A stretch of DNA of 64,000 bases from positions 2,693 through 66,692 of the forward strand of contig JAHEYN010000017.1 of NCBI GenBank assembly GCA_023251555.1. Direction: 5' to 3'. This document shows positions 57,361 through 64,000 of the stretch, piece by piece. The notes under the pieces are model-generated. The model was not told where the DNA came from, ran no database searches, and saw only the letters and a program-made list of their open reading frames with translations. Each line of letters opens with the position of its first letter. Within the stretch, counting starts at the first letter, position 1. The stretch comes from Bacteroidota bacterium (GTDB lineage Bacteria; Bacteroidota; Bacteroidia; AKYH767-A; JAHEYN01). A program made the translations under genes and the position numbers.

Positions 57361-58830
57361 TCACTCTCTATTATGCCGGGGCAGGTATTGATGAAATTCC
57401 GGAACTATTTTCATAAAATAAGTTCCGGAGAGATACAGCAGTAAAACAAGAGTTGAACGGATGAGTATATCTGCAAGGGGAAAGCCGGTGAGGGGAATCA
57501 TATATTTTAATAAAAAGCAAAGAACGGTCAGCAGAACTATGCGCAGGGTTTTACCGTCATATGGCTGCAGATGATGCTTCTTCCATATAAAGAAATATTT
57601 CATCAGTGAATAAACCAGCCCTGACAAAGCTGTTGCAACGGCAGCACCTTCGAGGTTCCACAAAGGGATAAATATCATATTCAGGACGAATGCAATCACT
57701 ACAAGAAAAATCAGGAGGAATGCCCCGAACTTATAATGTTCAGAGTTGAAAATTATGGAAGTGTTTGAGCCTGCAGCCATATTGAAGAGAGTGCCTATGC
57801 TGATGATAAGCACCACTCCCGAACCCATGCTGTAGCTTTCCGGAAGAAAAGCAAGGAGGGAATCTATGTTCACATTTATACCTGCAAAAAGCAACCCTCC
57901 CGCAAGCAGGAGGTAGCGGGACGACTTATAATAAATCTCTTTTATCTCATCCCTGTTGCCGGAGGCCAATGCAGCCGCAGTTTTCGTATTTGCAATTTTT
58001 TCAAGGGAATTCAGGGGCGCTTCAATCACAGTGGGAATGAATGCTGCTATCGTATATATTCCCACGTATGAAAGCGGGAGGTAATGCCCGATCATAATAG
58101 TATCGAGGTATTTCAGTCCGAGAGATGCAACAGAGGCAAATGAAAGAAGGAATCCGTAACTGAACATTCCCGGAAGATTCTGACTTTTCAGGCGGGTAAA
58201 ATCTATCCTGAATCCGGGACGGTCAACCATAAATATGTAAACAAGAAGTGCAATCATCTGCACCGCGTAAACCGCCACAAAAAGAAAGATGAATTGGGAG
58301 AGTGTGATCCACTTCAGGAAATAGACGGAAATCACCACCATTGAAAAAATCCGTATCACCACATCGTTAAGGATTGAAGGTATTGTGGTTTTATACAGGG
58401 CAAAAGCATAAATATTCAATACCGTAACCAGCCCGAGGAAAAAGGAAAGAGGAATCACATAATTAAAATAATCCGCAAACATCCGGGATTCTTTTTCATA
58501 CTGTGCGATAAAAAAATCCCTGAACAGGAAGAGAAAAAGTGCGACGGCCAGCATTCCTGCAAGCGGGAAAAGCAGAACAAAACCGAAAAAGCCGTGGTGA
58601 CGTTTTTCTTCATTCCTGAATCCCGGAAAGTAACGGACAATGATATGCCCGACTCCGAGAGGAAGAAAAACCGAGATGAGTGAAGAAAAAGAGAAAAGCA
58701 CCCGGGTAAGGCCGATTTCCTCTGGAGTAAGAAAAAGAGGCTGGAGTACAATAAGGTTCAGGAAGCCAATAAGGATACCGGCATAAGTGACGATAGTGTT
58801 TTTTATTCCCTGCCTCTGTATAATGCCCAC
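57361..58830 (-). CDS. Polysaccharide biosynthesis protein / oligosaccharide flippase (Wzx/MOP family)
   Basis: 489 aa; about 12-14 TM; GTG start at 58830. Confidence 0.6.
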   Translation of the reverse strand: MGIIQRQGIKNTIVTYAGILIGFLNLIVLQPLFLTPEEIGLTRVLFSFSSLISVFLPLGVGHIIVRYFPGFRNEEKRHHGFFGFVLLFPLAGMLAVALFLFLFRDFFIAQYEKESRMFADYFNYVIPLSFFLGLVTVLNIYAFALYKTTIPSILNDVVIRIFSMVVISVYFLKWITLSQFIFLFVAVYAVQMIALLVYIFMVDRPGFRIDFTRLKSQNLPGMFSYGFLLSFASVASLGLKYLDTIMIGHYLPLSYVGIYTIAAFIPTVIEAPLNSLEKIANTKTAAALASGNRDEIKEIYYKSSRYLLLAGGLLFAGINVNIDSLLAFLPESYSMGSGVVLIISIGTLFNMAAGSNTSIIFNSEHYKFGAFLLIFLVVIAFVLNMIFIPLWNLEGAAVATALSGLVYSLMKYFFIWKKHHLQPYDGKTLRIVLLTVLCFLLKYMIPLTGFPLADILIRSTLVLLLYLSGTYFMKIVPEFHQYLPRHNRE

Positions 58831-58843
58831 TTGCGCTGGTATT

Positions 58844-60745
58844 TTATTTGTTCATCCATTGTTCGTGCCACATCTGGAACATAAGCAGAAACCAGATTCG
58901 CGGGAAGTCCACCCTTTTATTTTCAAGGTATTTTTTTTTCATAAGAATGGTTTGCTTCACATCAAAAATTCCCTGTTTCCGCATAGTATCATCATCAAGA
59001 TAATGAAGGAATAAATCTTTCAGCTCATTTTTGCACCAGAGAGACACGGGAACGCCAAAGCCCATCTTCGGGCGTTCCATAATTTTTTCAGGGATATACT
59101 TATGAACAATCTTCCTGAGCAAAACTTTTCCTTTTCCGTTCACGAGCTTATATCCTGAGGGCAGGCGGGAAACAAATTCTATGATGCGGTGATCCAGGAA
59201 GGGTTCACGGCCTTCAAGGCTCACCGACATAGTTGCCCTGTCCACCTTGTGGAGAATATCATCTACGAGGTACGTTCTGAACTCAGTTGCCATGAATTTC
59301 TGAAGGGGATCATTATAATTATTAAGCAGATTGCCTTCGTCGAAGGCCGTTTCAAGATACTTTACCGGTTTGGCTATGAGGCGTGCTGCTTCCGAAGGTG
59401 TCATGGCCTGGGTTACTGTATTGAAGGCATATACCGGCTCCCTGTTCAGGAGAACTCCCGCCAGCTTCTCATACCTGTCGGCAAAAGCAAGATTTCCTGT
59501 AGGGTTCAGAGGGAGAGCTTTCATCAGTCCGCCGGCAGCCTTTGTAAAGAGAGTGGGTATCTTCTCAAGGATGCTGTAATACTTTGTTCCCTTGATGTAT
59601 TTTGGGTAGCCTGCAAATATTTCATCTCCTGCATCAGCAGAAAGCGCCACAGTAACATATTTTCGGGCCACCATACTCACGAGGGTGGTCGGCAGTGCCG
59701 AAGAATCTCCGAAAGGTTCGTCATAAATAAAAGGAAGGCGGGGGATAATGTCCATCGCCTCTTTAAATGTGCAGTAATGTTCATGGTGCCCGGTGCCGAG
59801 ATGCTGTGCCACCTCTTTTGCGTAATGGGCCTCGTTAAACTCATCTTCGTGAAAGCCGATGGTAAACGTTTTTATTTTCCGTGAACTGTTTGCCTGTAAA
59901 AGAGCCGTAACTGCAGAACTGTCATACCCTCCGCTGAGAAAAACACCTACGGGAACATCTGCAATCATACGGTATTGGAAGGCCGACAACATAAGTCTCT
60001 CCGTTTCTTCGGCTGCTTCCTCAAAAGAGATATCCAGCTTGGGTTGATTATAAAATTCATTTACATCCCAGTATTTTGTAATTGCAAAAGATTTTTTCGC
60101 AAGATCCAGTTCCAGTATATGCCCCGGCAGGAGTTTAAAAGTGTTTTTAAAAATACTGTATGGAGCAGGTATATAGCCGTGGCAGAAATAAAGAGCAAGG
60201 GCATCGAAATCAATCTCTTTGACAAAGCGGGGGTGCCTGTGAAAAGACTTCAGTTCGGAAGCAAAAAGGAAGAGTCCGTTTTGCCAGTAATAATAAAGCG
60301 GCTTCACCCCTGCCCTGTCCCTCGCAAAAAACACTTTGTTGTTTTTCGTGTCATAGATGGAAATGGCAAACATGCCGATGAATTTTTTTACACACTCTTT
60401 TCCCCACTGCCGGTATGAATGCATAATGACCTCTGTGTCTGAATTGGAGCGGAAAGAAACTCCCATACTTTCGAGTTCTTTTCTTATCTCCCTGTAATTA
60501 TATATCTCACCATTAAAAACGAGTGTCAGTTGCCTGTCGGCAGAAAACATCGGCTGGTGACCAAGGGGAGAAAGTTCGATAATGGAAAGCCGCCTGAAAC
60601 CAAGTCCAACCTGGGCCTTCTGCCCGTCAAAGTGTTCATAGCCGCTGTCATCGGGGCCCCTGTGGGAAAGGGCATCGGCCATGCCAGCCAGGGTGTCCCG
60701 CGTGGAAGTACTTGTAAAATCAATATATCCGGCTATGCCGCACAT
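58844..60745 (-). CDS. asnB: Asparagine synthase (glutamine-hydrolysing) family amidotransferase, AsnB/WbpS-like
   Basis: 633 aa; MCGIAG N-terminal nucleophile; PP-loop SGGYDSS. Confidence 0.8.
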   Translation of the reverse strand: MCGIAGYIDFTSTSTRDTLAGMADALSHRGPDDSGYEHFDGQKAQVGLGFRRLSIIELSPLGHQPMFSADRQLTLVFNGEIYNYREIRKELESMGVSFRSNSDTEVIMHSYRQWGKECVKKFIGMFAISIYDTKNNKVFFARDRAGVKPLYYYWQNGLFLFASELKSFHRHPRFVKEIDFDALALYFCHGYIPAPYSIFKNTFKLLPGHILELDLAKKSFAITKYWDVNEFYNQPKLDISFEEAAEETERLMLSAFQYRMIADVPVGVFLSGGYDSSAVTALLQANSSRKIKTFTIGFHEDEFNEAHYAKEVAQHLGTGHHEHYCTFKEAMDIIPRLPFIYDEPFGDSSALPTTLVSMVARKYVTVALSADAGDEIFAGYPKYIKGTKYYSILEKIPTLFTKAAGGLMKALPLNPTGNLAFADRYEKLAGVLLNREPVYAFNTVTQAMTPSEAARLIAKPVKYLETAFDEGNLLNNYNDPLQKFMATEFRTYLVDDILHKVDRATMSVSLEGREPFLDHRIIEFVSRLPSGYKLVNGKGKVLLRKIVHKYIPEKIMERPKMGFGVPVSLWCKNELKDLFLHYLDDDTMRKQGIFDVKQTILMKKKYLENKRVDFPRIWFLLMFQMWHEQWMNK

Positions 60746-60829
60746 GGAACGGCAAAACTAAGTAAAAAACAGGAAGGGATAAGATTTATTCAACAAACCA
60801 TTAACTTTGGCCTGCATATAAAATTGTCC

Positions 60830-61783
60830 ATGATTGATTTTATTTCTCCCCTTACAGGGCAAAAACTTATTGCGGAAAATGACTTCCTGTTATCAACTTC
60901 CGGGGAACGCTTTCCTGTGATAAAAGGTATCCCCAGATTTGTAGACCCCGATAACTACGCCGGGGCTTTCGGACTGCAGTGGAAGTCATTTGCGAAAACC
61001 CAGCTCGACAGCCATAACGGGGCACATATATCACAGGAGAGGCTGGAACGCTGTATGGGATTTACCATAGAAGAACTGAAAGGGAAAAATGTACTGGAAG
61101 TCGGATGCGGGGCCGGGAGATTTACCGAGCTGCTTCTGAAGGGCGGAGCCCATGCCCATGCTGTTGACCTGAGTACTGCCGTTGAAGTGAACAGGGAAAA
61201 CATGGGGGAGGAGGAAAACTACAGGGTGGCACAGGCTAATGTTTACAGGCTTCCCTTTCCCCCGGAATCCTTTGATGCAGTGCTTTGCCTTGGCGTAATA
61301 CAGCACACTCCTTCATCTGAAAAAACGATACAGGCTTTATGGAAAATGGTAAAGCCGGGAGGGCTGATGGTCATTGACCATTACAAATGGCGACTGGGTT
61401 ATTATAGCACCCTCTCACCCTTGTACCGTATGATACTCAAGGAACTGAAACCGGCAACATCAAAGAAGATAGTAGACGCACTTGTTGATTTCTTCTTCCC
61501 TATGCACTGGACTCTCAGAGAAAATCCCATCATGAACTGGCTTCTGCACCGCATCTCTCCCCTTATTGTTTACATAAAAAATTATCCCGAAAAGGACAGG
61601 ATGTTTCATTATGAGTTGTCAAAACTGGATACCTATGATCAGCTGACAGATTATTATAAGCACCTTAAAACGTCCCGGGGAGTAAAAAAAATAATCCTCA
61701 CCCTCAACGCCATTGATATTCCAAGCATGTGGATTAATACCGGAGGAAACGGGATAGAGGCCAGAGTTAAAAAACTAAAATGA
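60830..61783 (+). CDS. Class I SAM-dependent methyltransferase
   Basis: VLEVGCGAGRF motif I, DAVLCLGVIQH; the ATG at 60830 is divergent from asnB (ORF-track start at 60530 would overlap asnB). Confidence 0.65.
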   Translation: MIDFISPLTGQKLIAENDFLLSTSGERFPVIKGIPRFVDPDNYAGAFGLQWKSFAKTQLDSHNGAHISQERLERCMGFTIEELKGKNVLEVGCGAGRFTELLLKGGAHAHAVDLSTAVEVNRENMGEEENYRVAQANVYRLPFPPESFDAVLCLGVIQHTPSSEKTIQALWKMVKPGGLMVIDHYKWRLGYYSTLSPLYRMILKELKPATSKKIVDALVDFFFPMHWTLRENPIMNWLLHRISPLIVYIKNYPEKDRMFHYELSKLDTYDQLTDYYKHLKTSRGVKKIILTLNAIDIPSMWINTGGNGIEARVKKLK

Positions 61784-62610
61784 ATATGAGCGCTGTTGCA
61801 GATAAAGCCGGAGAAGAATACTGGAGCCGGGTTTGGGAACACTCTGAATTGCCGGAGGCGATCTCTCCCTCTTCGAGAGATATAAATAAATATCCTTACA
61901 GAAGAATCCATCAATATTTCAAAGAAAAACTTTCGGGAATGGAAACCCAAGGCAAGACTCTGCTGGAGGTGGGGTGTGGAAATTCTGTATGGCTGACTTA
62001 TTTCGCCAAAGAATTTGGCTTTAAGGTATATGGCATAGATTATTCAGAATACGGTTGTGAACAGACAAAAGCGATATTAAAAAGAGATGGCGTGGAAGGT
62101 GAAATCTATTGCGCCGATCTTTTTTCTCCTCCTGAACCTCTTCTTGGCTGTTTTGACTTTGTGATTTCTTTGGGAGTTGCCGAACACTTTTCAGACACTT
62201 CAAATACACTTGCCGGCATTTCTAAATTTCTTAAACCCGGCGGAATATTAATCACTACTGTTCCAAACCTCTCAGGACTCATCGGGTTTCTCCAAAAGAA
62301 ATTTAACAGGCCTGTTTATGATATACATATTCCCATGGACAAAAAACATCTTGGAGATGCACTTGTAAAAGCAGGATTAAAAATTATCAATATCAAATAT
62401 CTAATCAGCATAGGGTTCCCTTTAACGCTTGAAGGCAAAAACGGTACTATACAACACTATAACCTGAAAAAGAAAATTGTATTGATGTTATCAAGACTTG
62501 GGAAAATCATCTGGTTTTGGGAAAGTTTTTCGGGAACATTTCCTGAGACCCGCTTGTTTTCTATGGCCATATTCTCCATTGCTCAAAAGCCCAAAACAGA
62601 TAAGTTATAA
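61780..62610 (+). CDS. Class I SAM-dependent methyltransferase (second)
   Basis: 276 aa; LLEVGCGNSVW motif I, FDFVISLGVAEHF; ATGA overlap with the upstream gene. Confidence 0.65.
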   Translation: MNMSAVADKAGEEYWSRVWEHSELPEAISPSSRDINKYPYRRIHQYFKEKLSGMETQGKTLLEVGCGNSVWLTYFAKEFGFKVYGIDYSEYGCEQTKAILKRDGVEGEIYCADLFSPPEPLLGCFDFVISLGVAEHFSDTSNTLAGISKFLKPGGILITTVPNLSGLIGFLQKKFNRPVYDIHIPMDKKHLGDALVKAGLKIINIKYLISIGFPLTLEGKNGTIQHYNLKKKIVLMLSRLGKIIWFWESFSGTFPETRLFSMAIFSIAQKPKTDKL

Positions 62611-63684
62611 ATGTCCAAAAGAAAAATTTTATTTTTCTACCCTCACCTTTCCACTTTTATCAGGAATGATGAAATAATCCTCTCTGAACGATTTAACGTA
62701 AAAGGATTTTCATTTGGCATAAAACAAAAATGGCTTACACCCCTTGCCTTCCTGAAGCAGAGCTTCATCCTCCTGCGTTACGGGTGGACTTCGGATTTTA
62801 TTCTATGTAAATTTTCGGCTTATCATTCTTTTTTTCCCTGCCTGTTTGCACGCCTGATCGGCAAGCCATCCCTTATCATGGCCGGAGGCATGGACACTGT
62901 TTCATTTCCATCCATAAGGTATGGTAATTTCAGCAGGGAGCTGCTTGGAACATTCACCCGCTGGTCATATATGCTTGCTTCCCGCATCAGCCCGAATCAT
63001 CAAACTTTAATCAGAAGCGACTATACCTATACAAAGGATTGTTACCCGGCGCAGGGAATTCTGAATTTCTGTCCCGGCCTGAAAACACCTTTTACCGTGA
63101 TACACAACGGATTTGAACCTGACAAATGGAAGCGGGTTTCCAAAAAAAAAGAAAATGCCTTTATCACAGTTAGCGGTAACCTTGAATATCCGTTCCAGGT
63201 ACAGCTTAAAGGCATTGATCTTATTTTATCAGCCGCTCCTCTTTTCCCTTCCTGTACATTTACCATCATAGGCATCACAAAAAAAATTATAAACGATTCA
63301 ATAAAAACAATTCCCAAAAATGTTCTTCTTCTCCCTCCTGTTCCCAATGAGAAGCTCATTGAATATTTCAGCGAATCTGAATTTTATATGCAACTTTCCT
63401 TGGCAGAAGGATTCCCGAATGCCCTTTGCGAAGCCATGCTGTGTGAATGTATTCCCATAGTATCGGGCGTTTTCTCCATGCCCGATATTGTTTCGGGGAG
63501 CGGCTTCATTGTCCGGGAAAGAAATACGGCCCTGCTCGCGAAAGTAATTGAAGAGGCACTGGGGAGTGATAAAAAATTATTGCAGGAAAAGGCAAGAAGA
63601 AGAATACAGGAAAATTACACCCTTGAGAAAAGAAAAACAGCATTGCAGGATCTGATAACCTCAATGCTTTCTCTAAACAAATGA
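62611..63684 (+). CDS. Glycosyltransferase family 4 (GT-B)
   Basis: 357 aa; E-x7-E region AEGFPNALCEAMLCECIPIV. Confidence 0.7.
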   Translation: MSKRKILFFYPHLSTFIRNDEIILSERFNVKGFSFGIKQKWLTPLAFLKQSFILLRYGWTSDFILCKFSAYHSFFPCLFARLIGKPSLIMAGGMDTVSFPSIRYGNFSRELLGTFTRWSYMLASRISPNHQTLIRSDYTYTKDCYPAQGILNFCPGLKTPFTVIHNGFEPDKWKRVSKKKENAFITVSGNLEYPFQVQLKGIDLILSAAPLFPSCTFTIIGITKKIINDSIKTIPKNVLLLPPVPNEKLIEYFSESEFYMQLSLAEGFPNALCEAMLCECIPIVSGVFSMPDIVSGSGFIVRERNTALLAKVIEEALGSDKKLLQEKARRRIQENYTLEKRKTALQDLITSMLSLNK

Positions 63685-64000
63685 AGCAGGCAAATCAAGA
63701 ATCCAAGATATTAGCCGTCCTGATGATACTGGCTGCAAAGCAAGCAAAATATCCGGAGCCGGAAAACTCACAGAACCAACAGGAGAATGAAGTACCCAAA
63801 ACAGAAATAACTCCTTAGCAGATAAAGACAGGGAATCAGAAAGCTGATGGTGAGGAATAAAATTGATTCACCTATGTATTGCACAGCCAAATAGGTTTTC
63901 CTCCGGTAATTTGATAGAAAAGATTTTTTTACCTTCGTCCCGGCTTTAACGGAAGATTAAAAAAGGCCAAAACAGGCCGGTATTACAAGAATAAATGACA

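Noticed and set aside
63682-63828. 48-aa ORF (MKQANQESKILAVLMILAAK...) overlapping the GT4 stop
   Set aside because: Too short, with no motif, and the window ends soon after. Left unannotated.

Overview
This window reads as a chromosomal segment of a Bacteroidota genome. The evidence is T9SS C-terminal sorting domains, a fused SecDF, an exbB-exbD-exbD-tonB-pstS-TPR cluster, a DUF4249 plus TonB-dependent-receptor pair, a DUF1573 pair and Bacteroidete-style TAnnTTTG -7 boxes. It carries about 60 protein genes and 5 tRNAs: Ser-GCT, Pro-TGG, Arg-TCT, Pro-GGG and Leu-GAG. The housekeeping backbone is the tail of a nifJ-like PFOR gene, secDF, exbBD-tonB, a DEAD-box helicase, rpsA, pyrR-pyrB, rnz, fabI, clpC, gyrA, ychF, efp and several TPR proteins. 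The accessory content is a tRNA-Ser locus followed by degenerate copies of its 3' end in a hairpin-dense spacer, and a PKD plus beta-propeller lipoprotein with six near-identical 123-bp tandem blade repeats. There is a low-GC gene for a GT-C-like membrane glycosyltransferase between tRNA loci, a Lys-rich/acidic histone-like protein, and a methanogen-type ComA (phosphosulfolactate synthase) homolog in an operon with OsmC and a TPR protein. Two lipoproteins carry a Planctomycete-cytochrome-like (PSCyt1-like) domain with a CX4CH motif; one is fused to a YVTN propeller. The other sits in a five-gene operon with a Tat-secreted DUF1501 sulfatase-like protein and three lipoproteins (two are paralogs). 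An orphan Cas6-like RAMP protein has no CRISPR array in the window. It sits in an operon with a protein whose GT51 peptidoglycan-transglycosylase domain is at the C-terminus after an unknown ~440-aa N-terminal region, a dipeptide epimerase and ychF. A glycan-modification locus holds a flippase, AsnB, two methyltransferases and a GT4. No CRISPR array, integrase, transposase or rRNA was seen.
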